From assembly GCA_050305935.1 (NCBI GenBank), contig JBNLGG010000040.1, positions 1-39,478 on the forward strand: a stretch of DNA of 39,478 nt, read 5' to 3'. How positions within the stretch are numbered: position 1 is the stretch's first letter; every line of letters begins with the position of its first letter. Origin of the DNA: Cyclobacteriaceae bacterium. Its GTDB lineage: Bacteria; Bacteroidota; Bacteroidia; Cytophagales; Cyclobacteriaceae. Made by a program: the position numbers and the translations under genes. Below, piece by piece: positions 1-8,753 of this stretch. A model generated the notes under the pieces. It saw nothing but the letters and a program-made list of their open reading frames with translations. It was not told the origin of the DNA and ran no database searches.

Positions 1-177
1 ATTAGCGTTACTCTGTTCCTAAGATTTTTCATGACTGTTAATTTTTAAATGATAAATAAAATTGAATGGAACAAAGGTGTGGGAACGAAAAAGAACAAGT
101 CGAAAAACAAACGGCTAGATACGTATCTAAACGTAACTAGCCGGTTGTAGCCGTTTAACGACGGGTAAGAAAGATAT

Positions 178-1290
178 TTACTTACTGGATTTCAATATCT
201 TATGAAAAATCTCCGTGTTTTCATACACTCCCCCAAAAACTTCTGAATACGGGCCGAATGCGAATACCGGCACCATGGTAGCCGAATGCCCCCCATTCGA
301 AAAGGTGGGTTCAATCTGGTTATAATCACTCACGGTGGTACTGTCCCTCCGCATCACGTTCTTGCTCGACAAAGTAAAACCGCCCGTTTCGTGATCTGCT
401 GTTACAAGCACCAGCGTGTTGCTGTTTTTCTCCGCAAAATCCAGTACCTGGCCAATGACTTTGTCAAAATCGATCTGCTCACCGATCAGGTATTCTGCAT
501 TGTTGGCATGTCCACCCCAATCGATCTGCGAGCCCTCGATCATTAGAAAAAAAGGCTGCTCTTTCTGTTCGAAATAACTCAGAGCCGTTTCAACTGACTT
601 TCCTAAAAAATCCTCTCTCCCTTCGATCATCTTTGGCATTCCATCATTCGCCAGGAGCATCCCATATTTTTCCTCGGGCTTAACGGACTTTGGCTTGAAT
701 ACCTCTTTTGTGGAGATGACAAATCCTTTGCTTTCGAGTTCTTTCGTAAGATCTTGTCCATCCTTTCTTTTCACAAAAAAGTCTAACCCTCCACCTGAAA
801 AGAAGTCCACTTCAGAATCTGCCATTTGTGAGGCTATTTTTTCATCCATACTTCTGTTTTCTGCATGAGCAAAAAAGGAAGCTGGTGTAGCATGTGTGAT
901 GGATGAGGTAGCAATCAGGCCGGTTGCATAGTTTTCTTTACTTAATATCTCCACCAGGTTTGGTATGGATCGCTGGCCCATATCCACACCGATGGCTCCG
1001 TTGTATGTTTTCTCACCACAGGCCAACGCGGTGGCCCCGGCGGCAGAATCAGTAATTTTATGAGACTTTGACGAGGTTTTTGACAGGCCTATCACCGGAA
1101 ACCGCTCAAAGCTTGAAGACCGATCCTGAAAATACAAGCCTGCGGAAACCTGCGATAAACCCATCCCATCCCCGATAAGCAGGATGACGTTAAGTGGTTT
1201 TTTATTTTCCTGAGCTTGTTCCTGAGCATTTGCTTTACCGGCGAACAAGACCAGAATAATCAAAGTAACAATGCGTATTTTAAAATTCAT
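178..1290 (-). CDS. phoA: alkaline phosphatase (PhoA family), secreted
   Basis: 370-aa ORF with an N-terminal signal peptide (MNFKIRIVTLIILVLFAGKANA). The motifs GDGMG, ATDSAA, a GEKT-type active-site Ser region and a C-terminal TADHETGG are typical of alkaline phosphatases. Confidence 0.85.
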   Translation of the reverse strand: MNFKIRIVTLIILVLFAGKANAQEQAQENKKPLNVILLIGDGMGLSQVSAGLYFQDRSSSFERFPVIGLSKTSSKSHKITDSAAGATALACGEKTYNGAIGVDMGQRSIPNLVEILSKENYATGLIATSSITHATPASFFAHAENRSMDEKIASQMADSEVDFFSGGGLDFFVKRKDGQDLTKELESKGFVISTKEVFKPKSVKPEEKYGMLLANDGMPKMIEGREDFLGKSVETALSYFEQKEQPFFLMIEGSQIDWGGHANNAEYLIGEQIDFDKVIGQVLDFAEKNSNTLVLVTADHETGGFTLSSKNVMRRDSTTVSDYNQIEPTFSNGGHSATMVPVFAFGPYSEVFGGVYENTEIFHKILKSSK

Positions 1291-1426
1291 TTCTCTTATC
1301 AGTGATGTTAATTCGATGGCAAAACTACGTTTTCTGTCTGATTATTGCCTTGGTTTCGTGTTAACGATTGATGGTTTCTTTATTAAATAAATTATCGAAT
1401 GTGATGATTTTTAGATAAACCTAGCA

Positions 1427-1509
1427 ATTCATGCCATCACTGATAGTTGGATTTTTCATTGGAGCACGGAAAGCCGAAGTGATGGCATGAATAATTTAGT
1501 CGGCTTTTC
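1427..1509 (-). promoter_or_regulatory. structured leader/3'UTR element with two interleaved hairpins between the menC-like gene and phoA
   Basis: Arm ATTCATGCCATCACT (1427-1441) pairs perfectly with AGTGATGGCATGAAT (1478-1492). A second stem GAAAGCCGA (1469-1477) pairs with TCGGCTTT(T)C (1500-1509). The four arms are ordered a<b<c<d, so the two structures are mutually exclusive or form a pseudoknot. Confidence 0.4.
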
Positions 1510-1520
1510 TTTCATTCATT

Positions 1521-2597
1521 TCACTGGTCTGCAAATGGTAATTGCCATTCATTTTGCTTCCCATAGTAGAGTTTTCCATTGTCAATATACAAGGGCGATG
1601 GAATATTATTGTGGTACAACTGCCCGGTACCAAGTCCCTGGGGAATATTAGTTTTTAAATGTGATGTGAGTTGTGCTATGGCGTTCAAGCCAATATTCGA
1701 TTCCAGGAGGGAGGTCATCCACCAGCCGATATTCAAACTTTCAGCTTCTTTTATCCACTCTTTGCTGGCCGCAATTCCTCCAAGTAAACTCGGCTTTAGG
1801 ATGATGTATTGCGGTTGAATTTCTTTGAGAATAGACACTTTATCTTCGATACCAATTAATTCCTCGTCCAGCGCTATGGGAATAGGCGAGTCTTTGCATA
1901 CTTTTTCCATCAGCTTCCATTGACCCTGTTTAATTGGCTGCTCAATGCTATGAATATCAAAAACAGCATATTTATCGAGCATGGCAAATACATTCTCTTC
2001 TGTGAACGCCCCATTGGCATCCAGGCGAATGGTAATTTTATCCTTCGAATATTTACTTCGGATGTGTTGAATGACCGAGACTTCCTGGTCGATATCCAAT
2101 GCGCCTACTTTAATTTTGATACAATCAAAACCCAGTTTTATTTTTTCGTCTACCTGTTGTAGCATAAAATCCTTGTCGCCCATCCAGACCAGGCCATTGA
2201 TGGAAATCGGCTGTCGAAGATCATAAAAGCCATTCTTCAGGAATTTCCTTGTTCCTCCATTTTGCAGGTCCAACAAGGCTGACTCTAGTCCAAAGACCAT
2301 GGATGGATAGGTATTGGCTAATTCACTGCTCGCAAAAAATCTCCCTGCCAAATCACTTGCTGATTCAGTCCCTTTAAAAAGCGACTGACAGACATCATCA
2401 AGAACAGACTCATAATCTTCCCGGTAATCAATGCTCAGCCCCGCCAGCGGACTGCACTCTCCTACCCCAAATACTTGTCGTTGATGCGCTTCCCAGATTT
2501 TCAGGTACCAGGTATCCTTATGGTTTAACACACCCCGCGACGTACCTGCTGCAAACTTAAAATGTAAACGGTGTTTGAAAATCTGATATTGAAGCAT
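1521..2597 (-). CDS. menC: enolase-superfamily enzyme, most likely o-succinylbenzoate synthase
   Basis: 358 aa. Motifs GVGECSPLAGLSID, IKIKVG, IRLDANGAF and DEEL are the catalytic Lys and metal-ligand signature of the MR/MLE/OSBS group. Confidence 0.6.
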   Translation of the reverse strand: MLQYQIFKHRLHFKFAAGTSRGVLNHKDTWYLKIWEAHQRQVFGVGECSPLAGLSIDYREDYESVLDDVCQSLFKGTESASDLAGRFFASSELANTYPSMVFGLESALLDLQNGGTRKFLKNGFYDLRQPISINGLVWMGDKDFMLQQVDEKIKLGFDCIKIKVGALDIDQEVSVIQHIRSKYSKDKITIRLDANGAFTEENVFAMLDKYAVFDIHSIEQPIKQGQWKLMEKVCKDSPIPIALDEELIGIEDKVSILKEIQPQYIILKPSLLGGIAASKEWIKEAESLNIGWWMTSLLESNIGLNAIAQLTSHLKTNIPQGLGTGQLYHNNIPSPLYIDNGKLYYGKQNEWQLPFADQ

Positions 2598-2803
2598 TTA
2601 TTGTGTTTTCAAAATGTGACAGGTCAAAAGTAATTATTTTGTAATTGGAAAGGCTGAATATCAAAATCAGATTTCTTAGAGTTAAAAAGGAAGGACTTCA
2701 AGGCTATCATTTCAAATTAAATTTCACTAAATTATATACTACCCACATTTGTTTTCCCTCAAAAAATAATTGTTCAACAAAGTCTTACTAAATAAACCTA
2801 GTC

Positions 2804-4066
2804 ATGAAAGCATTCAGACTTATTTTATTCGCAGCAGCGTTGTCGATGGTGTTTTTACAAAATTGTAAAAATGATGGTGAAAACGACGGAAACAGTCCTC
2901 AATCCATCGTAGGAAAATGGAGTATTGTATTAAAGGACTATTTGATAAAAGATGCCGGTGGTTCCATTTTAGAAGATGAAACGTTCACCTACCCAGCAAA
3001 TGAATTTACCTTTGAGTTTAAGTCAGATGGAACATTTATTTACATCAACATAGTAGATGGTGATTGGTTTACAGGAACATATAATTACAATTCCGAAACC
3101 GGAGAAATAACCATCAATGTTCTGGGAAGCTCATTAAGCGGAAATGTACAGGATCTTACCAGTTCTACGATCACCGTTTTTATAACTGATACTTATACAG
3201 ACGATAACGGAACATTTACAGAGGAAAATACATTCTCAGGATCTATAAATGGCCCTACTGTTCCTACGTTTACCCTCGAAGAAATCCAGGCAAAATGGAG
3301 CATTGAAGATCTCCAGATAAATACTTATGTAGATGTAAACGATGATGATGATTATAATCCAGCGACAGAGCTATATCAAAGTCTTAGTTTTGCGGATATT
3401 CCACATAACAGAAATACAATCGAGTTCATGTCAAATGGAAAAGCACTGAATATTGACTCTTATATGGAGAGCGATTGGGAAGAACAAGATTGGGTGATGG
3501 TAGATGGAAGCAATCTTATCATCGATGACGGTAGTGATGAGCAGCTTGTGCATCTTGAGTCTCGAACAGGGAACACCTTTCTGTTTCGTTTTTTTTCCTA
3601 TAGCTTTGAGCAGATAGCAGACAGCTATTATAATGTGAAGACAGAGGGTGCAGTTACCGTGGTAAAAAATGATGGCAGCGAACCAATGATCACAAACGAA
3701 GATTTTTTCACCTCCTGGGAGATTACAGATTTTATTGAATACAAAAATGGAGTGGAGGATCCCGGAAGTGAAGGGGCCCCGATTGGAGCAATAATAACTT
3801 TCAACACCAATGGTACAGGCTCACTCGTGGCTGGCACGGATAACTTCACACTGGTTGATGTGAAACTTGTTGACGACAGTAATTTCTACTTTGAATTCGA
3901 CAGCGGGGATGAGTATAACCAAGTATTGTTAAATGTACAATCTTTTAATTCAGGCACAGGTAAGTTAGAAGTAGTAGAGGGCGAAATCAGGGAAGAATAT
4001 GACCCGGAGTTAATGGAAGATGTACTGGTTCAAAGAGAATCACATATTTCTCTAAGTAGACAATAG
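2804..4066 (+). CDS. hypothetical acidic lipoprotein with three lipocalin-like repeats
   Basis: Signal peptide with lipobox (FLQNC). Internal repeats IVGKWSIV, IQAKWSIEDL and FTSWEITDF. Very D/E/N/T-rich. Confidence 0.6.
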   Translation: MKAFRLILFAAALSMVFLQNCKNDGENDGNSPQSIVGKWSIVLKDYLIKDAGGSILEDETFTYPANEFTFEFKSDGTFIYINIVDGDWFTGTYNYNSETGEITINVLGSSLSGNVQDLTSSTITVFITDTYTDDNGTFTEENTFSGSINGPTVPTFTLEEIQAKWSIEDLQINTYVDVNDDDDYNPATELYQSLSFADIPHNRNTIEFMSNGKALNIDSYMESDWEEQDWVMVDGSNLIIDDGSDEQLVHLESRTGNTFLFRFFSYSFEQIADSYYNVKTEGAVTVVKNDGSEPMITNEDFFTSWEITDFIEYKNGVEDPGSEGAPIGAIITFNTNGTGSLVAGTDNFTLVDVKLVDDSNFYFEFDSGDEYNQVLLNVQSFNSGTGKLEVVEGEIREEYDPELMEDVLVQRESHISLSRQ

Positions 4067-4074
4067 TTTAACCT

Positions 4075-4107
4075 GTTCATGCCATGACTTGAAGTCATGG
4101 CATGAAC
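4075..4107. terminator. perfect 14-bp-arm palindrome (GTTCATGCCATGAC ttgaa GTCATGGCATGAAC) between convergent genes; likely a bidirectional terminator or protein-binding palindrome
   Basis: Lies 8 nt after the stop of the 2804..4066 ORF and 20 nt after the stop of the minus-strand small ORF. Its arm sequence TTCATGCCAT is shared with the 1427-1492 element. Confidence 0.45.
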
Positions 4108-4126
4108 AAATATCACAGCCCCATTT

Positions 4127-4267
4127 TCACCCCTCTTTTATAAATACCATACCTATCAAAATAAACCCCAATCCCGTAATCGGTGGTGCCAAAATTTTCA
4201 TCGCGATGCCAATCCCTATCATTACTGCCGCTAAAACTAAAAGAAGTACTCCTACAATTTTTTTCAT
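4127..4267 (-). CDS. small (46 aa) two-helix hydrophobic membrane peptide, absent from the ORF track
   Basis: Manual translation of the minus strand gives MKKIVGVLLLVLAAVMIGIGIAMKILAPPITGLGFILIGMVFIKEG*. It has two hydrophobic segments and a KK N-terminus. The overlapping plus-strand 69-aa ORF looks spurious. Confidence 0.35.
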   Translation of the reverse strand: MKKIVGVLLLVLAAVMIGIGIAMKILAPPITGLGFILIGMVFIKEG

Positions 4268-4363
4268 GGTAAGATGGTTTGATTCACTTACAAGTTAATA
4301 CACTGATTTCAAAAAATAATAGTAGGGAGGAAGTATGACTTCAAGTCGTGCTTCGAATGTTTT

Positions 4364-5149
4364 TCATTTAGAAATGGAATCATAATAATCAACAAACATT
4401 ATAAGCTCGTCAATTGTATTTAGCTTATATCTATTTGATTTTGAGAACTTTTCAATCTCAGTAAAATAAGCTCCAGTTATTTGTTCAATCGCACTACTAT
4501 TAACTATCTGGTAACGAATATCTGACGATCTGGTAGTTTTGCTTTCAAAAACGGCTTCTTGAGAAACATCCTCTCCTACGATGGCCGCTTGTGAAGCATA
4601 TGTGTCGAACGAATTTTTATCTTTGATCTTTTTTGCATAGGCAATAATGTGACCCCTGTCGTCAGCAAGGTATAGGTATTCCTTAATTTTTTCCTTGGAT
4701 GTTCTTCCATAACTGATTGGCATTCCTGAAACAGGGTCAATTGCGGTTTTTTCTCTTTCCTGATATTTATAAAAATGCCTGGAAAGAATAGCCAGGCTAC
4801 CTCTTTCGTAGATAACTTCGAAGAAAACTAATTTTTCGAACTTTTCTCCAGGATCTGAAATTGGAATCGAGTAGTATTTTCTTCTGGAGTTACTATTATG
4901 ATCTTTAAGGATGAAAGAGACAACATTTCTCGCAGTATAAGGGTGAGACTCACCATTGGATCGATAGCTTAAAATTTCCGTGATAAAATTATAATTTAGC
5001 TCACCCTCAATAGTTTGCCCATTTTCTAATTTTATGGTGCCCTCATGCCATATCTTGTTTTCAACAGCATAGTTTGCCAGTTGTCCAAAAGTTAAATTGC
5101 AATTAATAATAGGAAGTAAAAATGCAAATAGATGAATTAGTGTTTTCAA
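4364..5149 (-). CDS. secreted hypothetical protein, paralog A of a tandem pair
   Basis: Signal peptide or lipobox (LLPIINC). Conserved blocks shared with 5237..5983: W..G.I.L.NG..I.GE, YSIPISD, LVFFEVI, AILSR and a C-terminal VDYYDSISK. Confidence 0.6.
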   Translation of the reverse strand: MKTLIHLFAFLLPIINCNLTFGQLANYAVENKIWHEGTIKLENGQTIEGELNYNFITEILSYRSNGESHPYTARNVVSFILKDHNSNSRRKYYSIPISDPGEKFEKLVFFEVIYERGSLAILSRHFYKYQEREKTAIDPVSGMPISYGRTSKEKIKEYLYLADDRGHIIAYAKKIKDKNSFDTYASQAAIVGEDVSQEAVFESKTTRSSDIRYQIVNSSAIEQITGAYFTEIEKFSKSNRYKLNTIDELIMFVDYYDSISK

Positions 5150-5170
5150 ATAAAAAAGTAGTTTAAGTTC

Positions 5171-5233
5171 TCAATGCACCCTATCCCCTCTCACATCCAT
5201 ATTCCGAATGATCTCCGCCTCCATTTCCAAATA
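5171..5233. repeat. 63-bp direct copy of the miaE 3' end, about 89% identical to 6062..6124
   Basis: Aligns to the last 20 codons plus the stop of miaE with 7 substitutions, 6 of them synonymous. It is in frame with the TAA stop of the 5237..5983 gene. Confidence 0.7.
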
Positions 5234-5236
5234 AGA

Positions 5237-5983
5237 TTAATTTAAACTGTCGTAATAATCCATCACCACGACGAGATCCTTGATTTTCTTGACATTCAAA
5301 TTTTCATTTTTCGCAAACTGCATGCAAGCGTCATAATCTTCTCCTAGTACTTCTCTAAGCGCATTTTTATCTAAAGTATTTCGAAAATTGATTTTTACGA
5401 GGGAACCTTCGTTTTCATATCCTTTTACTTCGCCGTACGGCAAGATTTCTCCGTCCTTATTTATAAAGAAAAAGGTAGTGTATTCAACTCTTGACTGCCT
5501 AAATGAAGGATCATTGGAAGAGGTCTCCAAATTCCTACCCGCTCCTCCCCCGATATTGGCGATTGTCGGTCCGGTCAGTTGATATCCGGAATTCTCCACT
5601 TTCTTAAATTGATATCTGGATAGCAAAGCAAAATCATCAGCATCCTTTATCAATTCGAAGAAAAGGAGTCCATCATGCCCGTTGTATTCATCTGTGTAAG
5701 GTAAGGAGTAAAAAATCCTTTCTCTTTCAGCTTTGTCGTCAAAAGCCTTAAAATAGTTAACATTTGCTGATGTATAGGCATATTGTTTTCCTCCTTCAGA
5801 ATCAACCTTAACCTGAACAACATTGGCAGCCAAATTTGTGGCTATTTCACCTTTTTTAATTGTACCATCTGTCAATTGCACCTCTCCCTGATACCATTTG
5901 AATTTATCCTTTGAAAAAATTTGAGCGGAGGCCGAAAAAACAACATAAAAAATTAAGGAGCTAATAATCAAAAAACTTCTCAT
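5237..5983 (-). CDS. secreted hypothetical protein, paralog B of a tandem pair
   Basis: Sec signal peptide (…VFSASA|Q). Shares the blocks G.V.L.DG.I.KGE, YSLPYTD, LLFFELI, ALLSR and a C-terminal MDYYDSLN with 4364..5149. Confidence 0.6.
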   Translation of the reverse strand: MRSFLIISSLIFYVVFSASAQIFSKDKFKWYQGEVQLTDGTIKKGEIATNLAANVVQVKVDSEGGKQYAYTSANVNYFKAFDDKAERERIFYSLPYTDEYNGHDGLLFFELIKDADDFALLSRYQFKKVENSGYQLTGPTIANIGGGAGRNLETSSNDPSFRQSRVEYTTFFFINKDGEILPYGEVKGYENEGSLVKINFRNTLDKNALREVLGEDYDACMQFAKNENLNVKKIKDLVVVMDYYDSLN

Positions 5984-6061
5984 AACTTAAAAATTATGTG
6001 AAACGATGTGGTAATTTAATTATTCTAATAACAATAGTAAAACAAAAAATACCAGCAAAAA

Positions 6062-6643
6062 TCAATGCACCCTATCTCCTCGCACATCCAAATTCCTGAT
6101 AATCTCCGCCTCCATTTCCAAATATTCCTCCAGTCGACTATTTACTACGTCCGCAGGATTGTAGTCCCTGGCGAGGTCGACAAAATTGACATAGTGATTG
6201 GCTTCTGAGACCATCAGGTCATAGTAGAATTTCTTTAGGTTTTCATCGTCCAGCTTTTGCCAGAGCATCTTGAAGCGCTCACAGCTACGGGCTTCGATCA
6301 GCGCATTCACCATGCAGTCTTCCAGCAATTGTTGCTCTTTGCTGCCACCCTTCTTTTTGCACTGATTGAGTTGGACCACATACTCATCCTTCCTCGGCTT
6401 GCCCAATTGATAGCCCCTTTTACTCAATTCTCTGATCACCCTTTCAAAATGTCCCCACTCCTCAGCCACAACGGGAGTCAGCATTGCCACTACCTTATCA
6501 TAATCCGAATATTTGACAATCATGGAAATGCACGAGGAGGCAGCTTTCTGCTCACAAAAAGCATGATCTACCAGCACATCTTCTATCGTCTTTCCCGCAA
6601 GGTCTGCCCAACGCGGGTCGGTAGGTAATTTTAATCCTAACAT
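6062..6643 (-). CDS. miaE: tRNA-(ms2io6A)-hydroxylase MiaE (ferritin-like diiron monooxygenase)
   Basis: 193 aa. Two E-x-x-H diiron motifs (EEWGHFE, SEANHY) plus EQKAA and EARSCERF helices typical of the MiaE family. Confidence 0.65.
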   Translation of the reverse strand: MLGLKLPTDPRWADLAGKTIEDVLVDHAFCEQKAASSCISMIVKYSDYDKVVAMLTPVVAEEWGHFERVIRELSKRGYQLGKPRKDEYVVQLNQCKKKGGSKEQQLLEDCMVNALIEARSCERFKMLWQKLDDENLKKFYYDLMVSEANHYVNFVDLARDYNPADVVNSRLEEYLEMEAEIIRNLDVRGDRVH

Positions 6644-6875
6644 AGCAATTGAATTTAACCTGAATTATTCAATTCAGGAGTTCAAAGTTATTGATTAATT
6701 AATTATTCAATTTAAATTCAAACACTGATTGACAAATCTCTTAAAAACCAACTGGGTTATTGTATTGAATATCAGAACTCACAAAAAATTCCAGCCTATT
6801 AACCCAATAACAAATTCACTAATAACCTGCCTTTCGGCAGACAGGCGCCCGCATTTGCTGTTGCAATCTGCGGGT

Positions 6876-8753
6876 TTAATCAAAAAACATCCAGGTAATC
6901 CCGAGGCTCAACACTTTCTTCTGCCCCACATAATTGGGAAAGGTAAAATAGCCTTGGTTTGTCTGTTGGTTTAAATGCTCATACCGGATAAATGCAGCGA
7001 AGGTATCAATCCTGAAATCAAGAAATGCATCGATCACAAGCGCAGCGGGCACTTCGAAATCACTCTGCAAATAGAACTGCCGCAAGGCCGGGTTGTACCG
7101 CTCGGCAAAATAACTGCTCTTGTAGTTGGCCTGTAGTCCCGCCTGGATATTGATCGTCTGGTTAAATACTTCCTTCCCAAAATACAATCGCGAATTCAAA
7201 AACAGGTTGGGAATCCTGATCGCATTTACCGCCTTATCATCGCCACTTTTCAAGGTGTAAATGACTTCATTTTCAAAGTGAATGGACCGGTTGAACAGGT
7301 GTAAACCAAATTCAAGCGATGGGTGGATTAATTGCACATTGCCACCTGCCTGTTCCGGAATACTCTCCTCATTGTAATACACATTATGATTTAAATTGAT
7401 CAGGGTAAGTTTGGGAACCAGATCCAATATGCGAAGATGAATATCGATCTCCCCACTCAGGTAATCCGAATTGATGGGGTCAAAATTATTGTACCACTCA
7501 TTGTGATTGCCAAAATAGGTGTCCTGTATGATGGTTGGTTGATACCTTGTCTTTTGATAAGTCGCCTTAAAATACTTATTGACATAGTCTCCCCGCAAAT
7601 AATAACCACCGCCTACCAGGTATTCTCCCTGGGCATTTAAGGAATGATCTTTTAAGCTGTCAAAATCGAAGCGGAAGTTAAACCCACCATAGGTCTCCCA
7701 CCGGTCAGTATTGTTAGGAAGATAGGTGTGAACATATTTTGCCTTTCTCAATTTGAGGTGGAAATTATAATAAAAATTTCCCTGGCTACCCTTTATCCCC
7801 GGCTCATGGATGGACTGTGTGAATAGCGCCCGGTCAGTAGTGGAGTCAGGGTTTATGAAGACGGGTTGTAAAAATTTACCATCCTGGGTGAATCCACTTT
7901 CATCACTCAAATCCAAATCTTCAAACCGGTATTTATTCCCTATTTGCTCCCATTGATAGTAAAAATTCAACTGCCGTTTCCATTTGAATTCATTGTAAAG
8001 GAAAAAGTTAAGGTTTAAATCCGCTGATTTTGCATTTTCGAGGTTGACAGGCGCATCCTCGTCAAAAAACTCGCCGTTGGTTAGAAAACCTGTAGTATCA
8101 ATACCCCCATTCTCTTTGACCTCGTGATTCAGCCTGGAAAGCGCCCCCATGACCACGTATTTTCCACTCGGAGCCATGTAGTGGGAGTGCAGGTAATAAG
8201 CCGTGGAAACTACCTGCCGGTCATTTCTCCCACTGGAGCTCACCTGCTTCTCAATGCTCATCCGCCGAAAATGAATACCGGCATTCCAGTAGGGTGTGAT
8301 GTTACGGGCATGTTTCACCGTAGTGATGGAGCGGCGACCTCCGCCGAAGGTTGCATCAATAAATGTGTAGGGGGATTTAGTATCGAAAAAGGTAATGTCT
8401 TCTTTGGTAAAATAATAGGGTGTGTAGGAGTCAAAGCCCGACCTCACACCAATTTGCCTGGTAGGCTCATAATAAATCGGCTTTGTCGAAGTGCCTACCA
8501 CACCCAGATTCTGGTACTTAAATCCGCTGGCGCTAACGAAATCAAAATTGTGTAATCCGTCAATTAGGGTGTCGACTTTGATGACCAGGTAGTTATTGTT
8601 TTTGATTCGTTCAAAATTGGTATAATAGGTGGTGTAAGCGCCATACACCGTCTGTGTGGAATCGTCAATAATCTGTGCCTTTGCAGAAAAGGGGGATGCC
8701 AATGCGATCAGCAAAAAAAATAAAACACCTATGTTAAACGTTCGCTTCATCAT
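6876..8753 (-). CDS. outer-membrane beta-barrel protein (putative porin), co-transcribed with lpxK
   Basis: Signal peptide. Aromatic/Gly-rich alternating pattern with many Y/F/N/G residues and a C-terminal aromatic residue. Its ATG overlaps the lpxK stop (ATGA). Confidence 0.6.
   Translation of the reverse strand: MMKRTFNIGVLFFLLIALASPFSAKAQIIDDSTQTVYGAYTTYYTNFERIKNNNYLVIKVDTLIDGLHNFDFVSASGFKYQNLGVVGTSTKPIYYEPTRQIGVRSGFDSYTPYYFTKEDITFFDTKSPYTFIDATFGGGRRSITTVKHARNITPYWNAGIHFRRMSIEKQVSSSGRNDRQVVSTAYYLHSHYMAPSGKYVVMGALSRLNHEVKENGGIDTTGFLTNGEFFDEDAPVNLENAKSADLNLNFFLYNEFKWKRQLNFYYQWEQIGNKYRFEDLDLSDESGFTQDGKFLQPVFINPDSTTDRALFTQSIHEPGIKGSQGNFYYNFHLKLRKAKYVHTYLPNNTDRWETYGGFNFRFDFDSLKDHSLNAQGEYLVGGGYYLRGDYVNKYFKATYQKTRYQPTIIQDTYFGNHNEWYNNFDPINSDYLSGEIDIHLRILDLVPKLTLINLNHNVYYNEESIPEQAGGNVQLIHPSLEFGLHLFNRSIHFENEVIYTLKSGDDKAVNAIRIPNLFLNSRLYFGKEVFNQTINIQAGLQANYKSSYFAERYNPALRQFYLQSDFEVPAALVIDAFLDFRIDTFAAFIRYEHLNQQTNQGYFTFPNYVGQKKVLSLGITWMFFD

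Noticed and set aside
4089-4298. 69-aa plus-strand ORF from the track
   Set aside because: It overlaps the better-supported minus-strand 46-aa membrane peptide and spans the terminator palindrome. No start context.
6644-6875. Palindrome CCTGAATT-attc-AATTCAGG upstream of miaE and hairpins after the porin gene
   Set aside because: Short, single-copy, ordinary operator/terminator-scale features. Kept out of the findings for lack of anything distinctive.
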